A DNA stretch of 64,000 bases, taken from Anthoceros angustus. Taxonomy: Eukaryota; Plantae; Anthocerotophyta. Where the stretch lies: contig MU008189.1 in assembly GCA_010909165.1 (NCBI GenBank), positions 1-64,000 of the forward strand. Direction: 5' to 3'. The notes below the pieces were generated by a model. That model made no database searches. It was given only the letters and a program-made list of their open reading frames with translations, and was not told the DNA's origin. The translations under genes and the position numbers were made by a program. Positions 46,315 through 57,920 of this stretch are shown one piece after another. Within the stretch, counting starts at the first letter, position 1, and the number at the start of each line of letters is the position of its first letter.

Positions 46315-48957
46315 ATGAAGCGGGATCGTGAAGAAGCTGAAGGAAGCGGGAGCAATGGCGGAAACGGAAATACAGAGCAGGAGCGTTCGGGAAACGGAGA
46401 GCACAAAAGGCAAAGGACGGAGGAGCCAGAGGCAGCTAACGGTCTGCTGCCTCTGCTAAGCTACGCTGATGATGAGGAGGAGGAGCAAGCGGCTGGAAAG
46501 GGGCCTGTTAAGGCTGAGAATCTGGACGGGTACGAAAGTGATGAGGATGGAGGGGACCAGATTCAGGGAGGCCGCCGAAGAGATACTGAAGTTCGGCGGG
46601 ATTGTCCATACCTGGACACTGTCAACCGACAGGTATGGCCATCGGTTTTAAGCTCGCTCCAGACTCCGAGGCATCAGATTCTGGAAGCTTTAATCTTCAT
46701 TGTAGCTCCGGTTCTTGGTCCACACTGGACAGGCTGCCGGGCTGAATTGGTGTGGCGATAGTCACTGGAGGAAACGACATTAACTTGCCAATTCCTGGCT
46801 GTCCGATACAGGTCCTGGACTTTGACTTCGAAAAGTTCTGCTCCGTGTCTCTATCAAACTTGAACGTCTACGCATGCTTGGTTTGTGGGAAATATTTCCA
46901 AGGCAGAGGACGGAACTCCCATGCTTACACACACAGCCTTGAAGCTGGTCACCATGTATTCATAAATCTACACTCTGAGAAGGTGTATTGCCTCCCAGAC
47001 GGATATGAAGTGAGCGACTCTTCTTTGGACGACATTCGATATGTTTTGAATCCAAGGTACGTTCCATTGAACCTACTTGTGCTTTCTGAGAACAGATCCG
47101 GTTGTCAGTTAAACAGATCCGGTTGTCAGTTAGTATCTTTCAACTTGACATGGAAGGCAGCTACTGCATAGCTAGTGGAACCGAATCAGAGCAATAGGCT
47201 GGTTTCTCTAGGCTTTGAATTGCTAGTGCATTATGCTGCCTACATACAGGTTCACCAGAAGCCAAGTTGTGCAGCTGGACAGGAATAAACTTTGGGCAAG
47301 AGCGCTGGATGGCTCGGACTATCTTCCTGGAATGGTATGTGCGATTCTTCAGGGTGGGATCCTTCCGTTCAGGCATACACCGCGGTTACTGTTTGGTTTA
47401 GTGTTGGAGCCCTTGTATGTATAACTCCTTGCAAATTTCATACGAGATTTTTTTTTGTTACTGCAGGTTGGTCTGAACAACATCAAAGAGACTGATTTTG
47501 TGAATGTTAGCATTCAGTCTTTGATGCGGGTAACACCTCTCAGAGACTTTTTCCTTATCCCAGACAACTACACGACCGTCAAGTCTCCTCTTGTTCAAAG
47601 ATTTGGAGAACTGACCAGAAAGATATGGCACCAGAGGAACTTTAAGGGACAGGTAACTCCCCCATAGTGTATTGTTCCTGCCTTCAAGTTGTGTGGGCCA
47701 CTCATTGTTCTTTCAGCAGACCTAATCATGGTGACCTTTCTTTTTCATGAATCAGGTTAGTCCTCATGAGTTTCTACAAGCAGTTATGGTGGCTAGCAAG
47801 AAGCGGTTTCGCATTGGAGTGCAGTCGGATCCTGTTGAGTTTATGTCCTGGTTGCTCAACACTCTTCACTTTGATCTTGGGGGAACAAAAAAGAAAAACA
47901 GCAGCATCATATACAAATGCTTCCAGGGTGAGTTGGAGGTAGTTAAAGAGGTCCAGACGAACAGCTCAGACCGACGAGATGAAGTTGATGAGCAAAGTAT
48001 GGAAGGGGTTGAGGTTGAGGACGCTAGAGTTGAACTGAGAAACCTCCAGAAAGAGATTAGCAGGATGCCATTCCTCATGCTTGGTTTGGATTTGCCACCG
48101 CCTCCACTTTTTAAGGACGTCATGGAGAAGAACATCATCCCACAGGTTGAATGGCTCTGTGAATATGCTACTTTTGCGGACTGAGAATCTTTCGCTGCAG
48201 TGCAGTTTGAACTGTTGAGGGGTGTAGGTTTCAGTTCAGTTTTGATTGCTTTGTCAGGGTTTATACCCAGTCTAACCAGTCCATGGTTTCTTTGTCAGGT
48301 TCCTCTCTATAACATCCTGAAGAAATTTGATGGCGAATCAGTAACAGAGGTGGTCAGACCACAGCTTGCACGGATGCGGTATCGTGTCACAAGACTTCCG
48401 CAATATCTTATTCTGCACATGAGGAGATTCACAAAGAATCGATTTTTCATTGAGAAGAACCCTACACTGGGTGAGCATTGTCACTTGATCCTGATATGCA
48501 CGTTAGGTTCTTCTTATAACATGGGCTGGGCTGTCATTTTCCTATGTGTTGCTCAAGTTGTTTGACGTGAGATTTCCGATGGATTTGCAGTTAACTTTCC
48601 TGTGAAGAATTTGGAGTTGAAAGATATCATCCCTTTGCCAACTGCAAGAGGAACAGAGAAAATCCGCTCAAAATATGACCTGATAGCCAACCTCGTACAT
48701 GATGGCAAACCGGGGGAGGGGTCTTACAGGGTGTTTGTTCAACGGAAGTCTGAAGAAATTTGGTAAGCTGCAGACATCTGTGTATTGCTGAACATCCTTG
48801 CTTTTGACCTGTCATCGTACGAAGGCCTGTTTGGATGTCTGAGCCGGTCGGCTGCAGGTATGAAATGCAGGATTTGCATGTGGCTGAAACCCTGCCGCAG
48901 ATGGTTGCGTTGTCGGAAGCATACATGCAAATATATGAACAGCAACAAGATCATTGA
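46315..48957 (+). CDS. USP39: U4/U6.U5 tri-snRNP-associated protein 2 (USP39/Sad1-like), multi-exon
   Basis: RRDCPYLDTVNRQ|VLDFDFEKFCSVSLSNLNVYACLVCGKYFQGRG (ZnF-UBP); VGLNNIKETDFVNV; QSDPVEFMSWLLNTLH; YEMQDLHVAETLPQMVALSEAYMQIYEQ; canonical splice sites. Confidence 0.95.
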
Positions 48958-49917
48958 TACAGCTTGGTCTGAAAGTAATGGGTCATTGTAGGGTAGATTA
49001 ACATTCTTGCAAGTTAAGGCCTTAATTAAGGAGCTCAAGACCTGTTCAAAGAAGTTGTGTTTTGACGACCAAAATTTGTGACGGATCAAGCAGATAAATC
49101 TATTATTCTTATTGCAATGTTTTAGTTTTTCATCTGTGTTGTTCGGCTGAGCTGAGCTGCTTGCTCTCCCGGCTACCAAATTTGACCTGTGCAACTGTCC
49201 ACTCAAAAGAGCAAACAACTCGCGAGTCCAACTTTCCCTAGAATTCGTTGTCTGAGTGCGAAGAGCAAAGCTCATATGACTACACGCATAGCAAACACTT
49301 GGAGCATTTCGCTCTATACAAAAAGGTGAAATTGCGCAACACGAAATCCCTTGGCACAGCCACAGCATGATGCTATACGCCTTGGCACGGCCACAATTTT
49401 CTACCTGATAAAACTTTTGTGAGAAATGCCAGTGACACAGATCTGCAAGACGCAAACCTAAAATCGTTGTAACCCATTGTATATAAAATACTTCCTCGGA
49501 ACAGCTTCCTCCAATATTCCATACAGCACCTTGACTACTCCGCGGCACGCTTACCACATTGTTGTACAATCACTACTAGCACAGTGAGTGACCGTGATGC
49601 AGGCGTGAGCCCCGAGATCATGTGACAGGTCTATTAGGCATTCCATCCAAGCCAAGCTGATTCAAAGCTACCAACACAACTTTTTTCTCCAAACAAGTAC
49701 ACTAGCTTTGTAAGTGCTGCCCTTGCTCTGCGTCCCCTGTCTAAGATTGTGTCAAGGTTGTAGAAGCCCAATGCCACTCGGTTACAAAAGTGAAGCCCCT
49801 CAATAAATCCTGAACCCAAACATATTCACCAGTGACACCCTGAGCATACCATCTGCATCCTACAATTGCAGGGGCTCAGCCGGAGCACGATTGGGATTCG
49901 GCACGTGAAGCTGAATC

Positions 49918-51352
49918 TTATCTCTCAAGTTTGGCTATAACAGCGTCGACAACCTCTTGTGTGCTGCTGTCCCCACCCAGGTCCTTGGTGCGATACTTTC
50001 CTTCTGCCACAACACCCATTACAGCTTGCTCCAACCGATCTGCAAAAGCAGGGAATTGAAGATGTCGGAGCATCATAGCAGATGATAGCAGCAAGGCTGT
50101 AGGGTTGGCCTTCTTCTGTTGGATCAGCTTCTCATTGCCTACATTTCCAGCTGACGCTCCCTGCTCAAAAATGGCATGCTCCGAGCCCACATTCCCTGCG
50201 ACGACATTCATGAATGGAGATTCAACATCACAGAAGTCTTCTCACAAGTCCTTGGACACACAAGACCTGGCACTGCTTGAAGGAAACATACTGCACCTTC
50301 TACCTGGAACAGCAGACAGGCAATGCATTAAACTTTGAAGAGGGGCAGGAATCTATGAGTATACCTCCTGGCATAACCCCGGTACCACCTGCAATACCAG
50401 CGGCAGTGTTGGCTACAAGCGTCCCATACAGATTGGGTGTTACCTGCACAACGAGCAGCCGGTGGCTCCACTTAGAAAAACATGAAATAAACAAACTAAT
50501 TGAGGAAAAGGAGGTGAACCACACAAGATACTACCATGACATCAAATTGTTGAGGCCGGGACACAAGCTGCATGCAACAGTTGTCCACAATGACTTCGGT
50601 ATACTTGATGCCGGGATACTTTTTAGCAACCTCTCGGCACGACTCGAGGAAAAGGCCATCAGCAAGCTTCATGATGTTAGCTTTGTGGACGGCAGTGACC
50701 GTCTTCCTGTTGTTCAGATATGCATATTCGAAGGCATACTTGGCGATCCGCTCCGACGAGAACTTTGTGATAACCTGGCAAGAGCGTTAGAATGCCCTGG
50801 AAAGAGAAACAGGAAAACTGGAGCAAATTGAGAAGAGATCGAAACCAAGATGCACACCTTAAGACTCTCCACCACACCAGGCACCACTTCATGCTCAAGA
50901 CCTGAGTACTCCCCCTCCGTGTTCTCCCTGATAACCACAATGTTCACATTGTCGTGGCGAGTTTGCAGACCCGGTAGGTTGAAGCAATGCACCAAAGACG
51001 AAAAGAGATCCAATTCCTTTCTCAGCTGCACATTCAGGGAGCTAACCCCACCTCCGACAGGAGTGGCCAAGCCGCCCTTCAAGCAGACCTTGTTCTTCCG
51101 GATGGAATCCATTACAACCTGCGGCACCTTATCCATCTTGCCGCTCACTTCATACGCCTCGAAATATACAGGCGCGTGCATGGCCTTCATCACCTGTACC
51201 ACAGCTCCGGTAACCAGCGGGCCGATCCCATCCCCAGGCAACAAGGTCACTGCTCGTGGAGCCCCGTCACCCGGCCGAGGCATGTAGGTGATGGACCGCT
51301 GGAGCAGCCGGATCGCCGGCACAAACTTCCGGAGCCGCTGGAGCCCTGCCAT
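49918..51352 (-). CDS. IDH1: Mitochondrial NAD-dependent isocitrate dehydrogenase regulatory subunit (IDH1/IDH2-like), 4 exons
   Basis: [23 protein letters not shown]; [27 protein letters not shown]; [16 protein letters not shown]; [11 protein letters not shown]; ATG at 51352. Confidence 0.93.
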
Positions 51353-52559
51353 GGCCGTCCGCTTCCTCTTCGCCTGTGGCAAGTGCCAATGCCAATGCGA
51401 TGCAATGCAGTGTAGGTAGTCGAGATAATCAAAAGCGTTCACGCCCCAAACCAAGGCATCAAACACATGCCAAGGTGTGACGTCCAAGTATCATTCGCTA
51501 ATAGGTACCTACTAACCTACAAAATCGTGCACTCCATAAGTCGTCCTACACCTTATTGTCATTATCACCTCTGGGTATAAAGTAGACTTTATTAATGGAC
51601 GATATGGGAAATCCCATCTACCCCTCAAGTCGGAGGAGGGACATTCCCAAAAGGGCTAATGGTAAAAGAAAAAGTTTTAGTCCCCTTGAATGTCTTTCGT
51701 GTAACTACTTACTGTACCAATGATATCGTGATCAGGGATGATGAAAGGCCTACCTGCCACCTGTGTTACTGAAGAAGCCGCTAGTCCTGCGCACGTAGCC
51801 GCTGGATATCTATCCTAGTGTGAGTTTGAGACTTTGTCACCTACATTTGGAGGTCTGGCACCTAATTTCTTATAGCTGCTACATCTGTTTGGAGTTTTTA
51901 TTAACCCCTAAAGGACGAAGTTTGTTTTTTAGGTTTTGGGCTGAATTTCAGCTATTTATGCAAATAAAAATATAAAAAAATCGCGTGTCCCTCTTTTCAC
52001 TCCACAATTACCATATGCAGAATTGCATCTGCCCATCCGTTTCTAAATTGTCAAAAAGACAGGGTCTGCGACACCCCCGCTACACATTTCCAATGCGCTG
52101 GGCACTTCATTCTCACTATGAGATTGGAGAGAGCACCTTTACTCGGGGAGGAGCACAGCAAAGAGTTGTGTTGAGCAAACTTTCTCACGGATTCTTAGCA
52201 ACGCCGTGAACATCCTTGGAGAAAATCATTACAATAGGAGGTCAAGAGCATGTTCATCTGGATTTTCAAACAGACAATTCAGCCATTCACACTAAGGCCC
52301 TCCGTTCGCAAGTAGGTAGTCTGCTCTTGGTCCAGGGCATCTTTCAAGAATCTCGCCTTGATGGTGTGCATTTTTCCTACTCTGATAATCCACATTTTGC
52401 CCTCACATATGCTGAAAGGTCCAAGATCAAGAATCAATATAAAAAAAAATCCCACACCCCAAAATGCATTGACAACCACTCAATTTGAGTAGGTTCATTC
52501 CTTAGGGGTTGAAGAAAGAGCACAAGGGTGAACCCATCTACTAAAAGCATCACTGGTTG

Positions 52560-52751
52560 AATTGGATGTTTTTGAGTAGGTAGTTTTATCTCATAGAAGA
52601 AGCTACATTTATGTATCCTCCCCAGGAAAAAATTCACTATGTGCAAATGCGTTCAATTGGATGTTTTTGAGTAGGTAGTTTTATCTCACAGAAGAAACTA
52701 TATTTACTTATCCTCCCCAGAAAAAAAAATTCACTATGTGGAAATGCGTTG
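52560..52751. repeat. 95-bp tandem duplication followed by a (GAA)n microsatellite at ~52775-52799
   Basis: AATTGGATGTTTTTGAGTAGGTAGTTTTATCTC... starts at both 52560 and 52655. Confidence 0.85.
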
Positions 52752-53868
52752 AATCGTGTGGCGTTGTTTGTAGAAGTAGAAGAAGAAGAAGAAGAAGAAT
52801 TTTATTAAAGTCCACTAAGGACGGATTTCCGTCATGGGACTGAAATATGATAACTACATAGATTGGGTAAATGGTCTGGACGAATGTAAAGGTAAAATTC
52901 AAACAAATAATACGAGCTCGCCATATTTAACTCAACACGACTCAAATCGGGTCATTCCACCTGAAAAACAGTTATTTCTGTCCAAACTTTGAACCAAAAA
53001 TTAGTGCAAAATCAGAGCCACCCCACAACCTGCACTTGCATCTTCCCATCTTCCCACATCTCAAACAGGTTGGGAAAACTTTATTGAATCGATGAAAGAG
53101 TGTTGTAAAATCGGCAGTTAATTATCATAGAAATGCAAAGAAAGCTCTCAAACAACGGGCCGCTTTGAGGTATAAGACGTGACTTCAAATTTGTTTGAGA
53201 GAACCACAAGCGTGACTGCGTCCGCCCAAGTCTTGCCCTGCTGGCGCCCGGCTCCCGAGATTTGAGCCGGTGAGGTAACCTGGGACTGCGTGGCCACATT
53301 TTGATATGTCTGCGACGCGTTAGAGTTAGCAAGAAATTTCTGGACGTTTGGATTGAAATTTTTCGCCCAAAACAATCGAACAGGGGTTCGTCGTTCTGGT
53401 TTACCAGACACAGCGGACTTTGTAAGGTGCGTGCTGCCAGGTCTACCTAGCTTATTTTTTAAGCTAGAAAAAGCTTATAAAAGTTTATCGTTTAAGCGAG
53501 TTTTGTTATCTATCGGTGTCGCGAAGCTTGCCAATCCGATACCATTGCTCTTAAACGCTGGCTCGTAAGATCGGGTGTGACAACGTTCCGAACTGCCACA
53601 CCATCATCCGTTGAGACACCGGGATGGACAGAGAACCAGAAGCACAGAATCGCATGGTAACTTTCCGGCAGCCATTGCGCTCGGTTTGACGAGGTATAAG
53701 AAGGGCGCGAACATGTCGCAGATGACATGCCGTATGCACAGCTTCGGACCTCAGTCAGGTCGATCAGGCTGTGGAAAGATGAATCCTGACACAGCCTCTG
53801 TGAGAGGTTTGCACAGCAGAAGGTTCCTTGTCCATATCTACGTCTGTATGTACATATCTACATACGGT

Positions 53869-55458
53869 CTAGATATTGGACAGCGTGGGAGGGATCCAGA
53901 CGTAGCCAAGCGTACGGCGGTAGCCCAGTCTGGCGGTGAGCTCATCTGACTGAGGGGGGCCTCTGCTGCCCTCCTTGTACAGAGTGGGTAGGAGCTCGCC
54001 CGCATCGATCCGATGCAACAGAGGTGTGAAGATCTCCCAAGCCACTCGCAGCTCGTCACGGCGAACGAAATGCTGCTGGTCACCCCGAAGTGCGTCCAGG
54101 AGCAGTCTCTCATACGCTTCAGGGATGACGATATCTTGGTAGCGGGCCTTGAAAGACAGATCCAGCTCGCTCTGCGTAGACTGCATGTCCAGGCCGGGCT
54201 GCTTCACAGTGAGCTTCATGTACATGGCTTCCGACGGCTGCAAACGCATCACGAACTCGTTTCTGCCTTGCTTGTTGCACCGGAATATGTCTCCTGGAAC
54301 GTCCCTGAACTGCACTCGAATCTCCGCCTTCTTCACATCCAGAGCCTTGCCAGCCTTGATGATGAAGGGCACTCCGTCCCACCTCTCGTTGTTGATGCGC
54401 AAGGCCACCGTGGCGAATGTGGGAGTGACAGAGTCCTTGGGCACGGTGGGGTCATCTTTGTAGCCCTCGTACTGGCCCAGCACCACGTTCTCGTCCTTGA
54501 TGGGCTCGATGGCCTGCAACACCTTCACCTTCTCATCCCGGATGTGCTCTGGACTGAGGGACACGGGCTTCTCCATAGCCACCAAGCACAGCACCTGCAG
54601 CAGATGGTTCTGGATGATGTCCCTCACGATGCCATACTCATCGAAGTATCCCCCTCGGCCCTGAGTCCCGAAATCCTCCTTGAACACTATCTGGACGTTG
54701 TCAATATTGTCCCTGTTCCATAGCGGTACGAAGAACCTGTTAGCAAACCTCATGACCAGCAGGTTCTGCACTATCTCCTTCCCCAGATAGTGGTCGATCC
54801 TGTACAACTGGTCCTCCTGAAACAACTCCCCCAGCTGCTGGCTCAGCTCCTCAGAGGACTCCAAATCCTTGCCGAACGGCTTCTCCACAATCACCCTGGT
54901 CCACCCCCTCTTGTTCATGCACCACTGGCTCACCATCTTGCTGACTTGTGGATACACCGACGGAGGCAGAGCCAAGTAGAAGAGGCGCCTGGTGAACCCG
55001 GCCTTGCCACCGATGTCATCCTCGTGCCGGGACACCGCCGCATTCAGCTCCTGGAACCCTTCCGGACTGTCATAACCGCCGGCTGTGTAGGACACCAAGC
55101 CCAGGAAGTCGGACACCACGGCTGCGGGGTCCAGGCCGGGGCTCACCTGCTCCCCCTTGAGGTACCCCCGCAGCCGGTCCCGCAGCTCCTGGTCTGAGAG
55201 CTTGGATCTGGCGTACCCGAACACCTTCACCAAATGTGGGGGCAGGAATCCCTGGCGGAACAGGTTGAACAACGCAGGGAAGGTCTTCTTCTTTGCCAAA
55301 TCTCCGGACGCCCCCAACACCACAATGGAGAGCGGGCTGTGGTCCGCCTGCAGCGTGGGCGACTGCAAAAACTTCCGACACGACTTGTCAGCCAGCGCTT
55401 CCGGCTGCGGCTCGGCTGAAGCCGCCTCCTCGGGCACGGCCACTCCTGGGGGACTCAT
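53869..55458 (-). CDS. G6PD: Glucose-6-phosphate 1-dehydrogenase, cytosolic type, uninterrupted CDS (529 aa)
   Basis: [18 protein letters not shown]; RIDHYLGKE; [20 protein letters not shown]; cytosolic-type C-terminus YVWIPPTL; no transit peptide. Predicted 82-bp 5'-UTR intron at 55476-55557 (CTG|GTAAGC...CTGCAG|). Confidence 0.96.
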   Translation of the reverse strand: MSPPGVAVPEEAASAEPQPEALADKSCRKFLQSPTLQADHSPLSIVVLGASGDLAKKKTFPALFNLFRQGFLPPHLVKVFGYARSKLSDQELRDRLRGYLKGEQVSPGLDPAAVVSDFLGLVSYTAGGYDSPEGFQELNAAVSRHEDDIGGKAGFTRRLFYLALPPSVYPQVSKMVSQWCMNKRGWTRVIVEKPFGKDLESSEELSQQLGELFQEDQLYRIDHYLGKEIVQNLLVMRFANRFFVPLWNRDNIDNVQIVFKEDFGTQGRGGYFDEYGIVRDIIQNHLLQVLCLVAMEKPVSLSPEHIRDEKVKVLQAIEPIKDENVVLGQYEGYKDDPTVPKDSVTPTFATVALRINNERWDGVPFIIKAGKALDVKKAEIRVQFRDVPGDIFRCNKQGRNEFVMRLQPSEAMYMKLTVKQPGLDMQSTQSELDLSFKARYQDIVIPEAYERLLLDALRGDQQHFVRRDELRVAWEIFTPLLHRIDAGELLPTLYKEGSRGPPQSDELTARLGYRRTLGYVWIPPTLSNI

Positions 55459-56575
55459 TCTTCCTGCTCCTCAATCTGCAGGCACAGGATCAGCTCAGCT
55501 CAGGTCCGGTCCTTCTCCCACAATTCATCACACAATCAAACGGGCCAAGAGGCTTACCAGCTGCAGCAACTAGCAATCGGGAAATTCCCAATCCCAAGCA
55601 ACCAACTCCTCCTCACCACGCTGGCCAAAAGATTGAGGTGCAGTCCAACTTGGGAAGCTAAGGATTCGGCACTGGATGCATCAATCCATGGACGTCGGCT
55701 GCCGACGAGAAGCTAAGAAATTCCGCTGCCACGCCCACGCTGCCGCAGCCCGACTGGACATGGAACACTCAGGCGCTGGCACATGTCGCCGGTAAAGTGC
55801 CGCCCGCCCAGTTCTTAAACGACGCCTGCCGAAGCTTCCGCTCCACCTTCCTGGATGCCCGACTCCCCATGTATCTATGTGGGGTATATAGAACCAGAAC
55901 CATCTGGCCTAATCTGTCCATGTGCTTACACTCCATTTCCTGAGCGCTTCACCAGGACTTCCGCTCAATCTACTTAAGAAAACGTAAATGACACGTTGCA
56001 GCCTTGTAAAACTTCTTGACACCTGCACAACCAGGGTCCAGAACCGTCATGACACCTACGCCGTTATGAGGCGGGATTCCAAAGACCTGCACGCATAAGA
56101 GAAACGAGACGGTAACCTTACATTCTCGCAGGCCACCCTCACTTCTAAGCTTCAAGGCTTCGGGTCCTGTTCCCCGGTGGCTGACTGAAACAGATCCATC
56201 TCGCCGGATGCCTGCCTGAAGGAATCCGTCACCATCTCTGTGAATTTGCCATAGTAGAAAAAGTTGCATTCCAATGTGAGTCATCTAGGAAGGCAAGACG
56301 AACACATGTAACCTACTCTCAGCTCAACTCAGCTCAGCTCAGCTCATCTGAGCTGAGCAGAGCATAGCAAATTGTTGCTCAGCAATTTCTGAAACATCCG
56401 CTTCCACCACTCCGGCAGGCTAGCTAATATACAAGAACTGTACATGAAGTGGAAGGTCTGAAATATCTGTGCCACAAAAAACTGGCCACGAGAAAGAATC
56501 GAGAAAAAATGGATGCCGGATAAACCTAGCTAGGCTCGGCTCGTAAGAGAAGAGGAAGCCTTGGGGAAGGACAAG

Positions 56576-57697
56576 CTAAGAGGAATCACTCGGTTGGGAA
56601 GACGTGTGAGCTTTCCGCAGTTCCACATTAGCAAGACGCTCCGTCTCGAGAGCGGCCTCCACCTTGGCCGCATGGGCGCTCCACTCGTCCAGCATGGCTC
56701 GCAACCTTGCGCTTTCTTCCACCAGGTTGTCGACGTTCACACGGTACCTGGCGATCTCCGCGTCCCTGTCCGTTATCTCCCGCCTGGATAGGCGCACCTC
56801 CCCTTGCAGCTGGTCCCGCTGCGCCGTCACCACCTGCATGCGCAGCTGCTGATCCCGGGTTTCAAGAAGCTCCGCGGGGTCCACGCCCGGCCGAAGCCCG
56901 CCTTCCGCCTGCTCGTACTTGCTCAGGCTCTCCCGCAGCTTCACGATCTCCCTGCTGAAGAAGAGCAGGTTCTGCTGCTGGTACTGCAGCAGCGACGCCT
57001 GCTCCTCCGCCAGCCCCCCGTCCGTGTACTTCACATCCTGCAGCTCAGGCGGCCTCAACACCGCGGCCAGCAGCCGCACCGCGTCCGCCTCCGGCTGTGC
57101 GGAATTGTGCTTCCGCACCTTGTTCGCGTAAAGAACCGCACATCCCGCAGCAGCGGCCACCTCCAGCAGCAGCCATAGCCGCAGCAGCAGCACCGCCTGC
57201 ACTTTCACCGCCTCCTGAACCGCCTCCTCCCACTGCATCAGCACCACAGCCCCGGCCGTGCCGTAGGCCACAACGGCAAACGGGAGCCCCGCCATGGCCT
57301 CCAGCTGCTTGCTCAGTTGCAAAAATCCCTGCCGATGCAATCCCCCGATCTCCTCCCTCAGATGCCGCTCCACCAGGCTCGTCATCACCAGAACCGCCGC
57401 ATTTCCAGCCACAACCGCATTCAGATGCTCCTTCACCACGGCAATCCACACCGAAAGCAGCACCAATCCCGCATACGCCAGCAGCAGCATCACATACAGA
57501 ACAAGAACAACAACATCTGCTTTGCGGAAGGCGATGATCTCCAGAGGCGCGTCTGTGAAGAGCCCGTAGTCCAGCGACAGGCTCTCGGGATCCCGATCAT
57601 CCGGCAGGCGATAGTAGCCGCCCGCCACGGTGCTGCTGTGCCGGGCCGCATGGCGATCGTCCTGGCACTCCATTGCGCCAAGGTGCCATCGCCGCAT
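56576..57697 (-). CDS. FIP1 (FRIGIDA-interacting protein 1)/TMEM192-family membrane protein with C-terminal coiled coil, uninterrupted CDS; ATG at 57697 or 57673
   Basis: Four hydrophobic segments, then QASLLQYQQQNLLFFSREIVKLRESLSKYE and ARLRAMLDEWS..AAKVE.ALE.ERLAN.ELR, as in plant FIP1-like proteins. Confidence 0.85.
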   Translation of the reverse strand: MRRWHLGAMECQDDRHAARHSSTVAGGYYRLPDDRDPESLSLDYGLFTDAPLEIIAFRKADVVVLVLYVMLLLAYAGLVLLSVWIAVVKEHLNAVVAGNAAVLVMTSLVERHLREEIGGLHRQGFLQLSKQLEAMAGLPFAVVAYGTAGAVVLMQWEEAVQEAVKVQAVLLLRLWLLLEVAAAAGCAVLYANKVRKHNSAQPEADAVRLLAAVLRPPELQDVKYTDGGLAEEQASLLQYQQQNLLFFSREIVKLRESLSKYEQAEGGLRPGVDPAELLETRDQQLRMQVVTAQRDQLQGEVRLSRREITDRDAEIARYRVNVDNLVEESARLRAMLDEWSAHAAKVEAALETERLANVELRKAHTSSQPSDSS

Positions 57698-57920
57698 CTC
57701 ATCGTCCCTCGATCCCTCGCCCCGCCTGCGCCCGCGCAGCAGCACCGGCGGCGTCGCCGGCTGGCAAGAAAATGATTCCGGTTATTTCGGGTTTTATTCT
57801 CGCCTCCATCGGCGCTGTGTGAAGAAGGATCTTATGGGGCACCTTATTCCCGCCCATCTTCCCTTCCGTCGGCGACGAGACTGTCGCGAGAGACGTAGTG
57901 TAGCCGGGGAGGTGGAAGCC
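57698..57920. promoter_or_regulatory. Compact bidirectional promoter between FIP1-like and APC1; candidate E2F site ATTCCCGC at 57846-57853
   Basis: The divergent ATGs are only 223 bp apart. The motif fits the plant E2F consensus WTTSSCSS. Confidence 0.55.

Noticed and set aside
52050-52400. Possible LINE reverse-transcriptase remnant on the minus strand (CPGP.., RGCR.. words)
   Set aside because: Only two short partial motifs, with spacing much shorter than in L1 RT; not supportable without a profile search.
54013-55197. Long plus-strand ORFs antisense to G6PD (and similar ones opposite IDH and FIP1-like)
   Set aside because: Shadow ORFs caused by GC-ending codon bias of the real genes.
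39799-55458. UPS + IDH + G6PD as a metabolic gene cluster
   Set aside because: Unrelated primary-metabolism genes interspersed with PPR and splicing genes; no shared pathway logic.
55970-56284. 104-aa minus-strand ORF upstream of G6PD
   Set aside because: No domain recognised, and the apparent intron would be only 30-35 bp; treated as intergenic or UTR.
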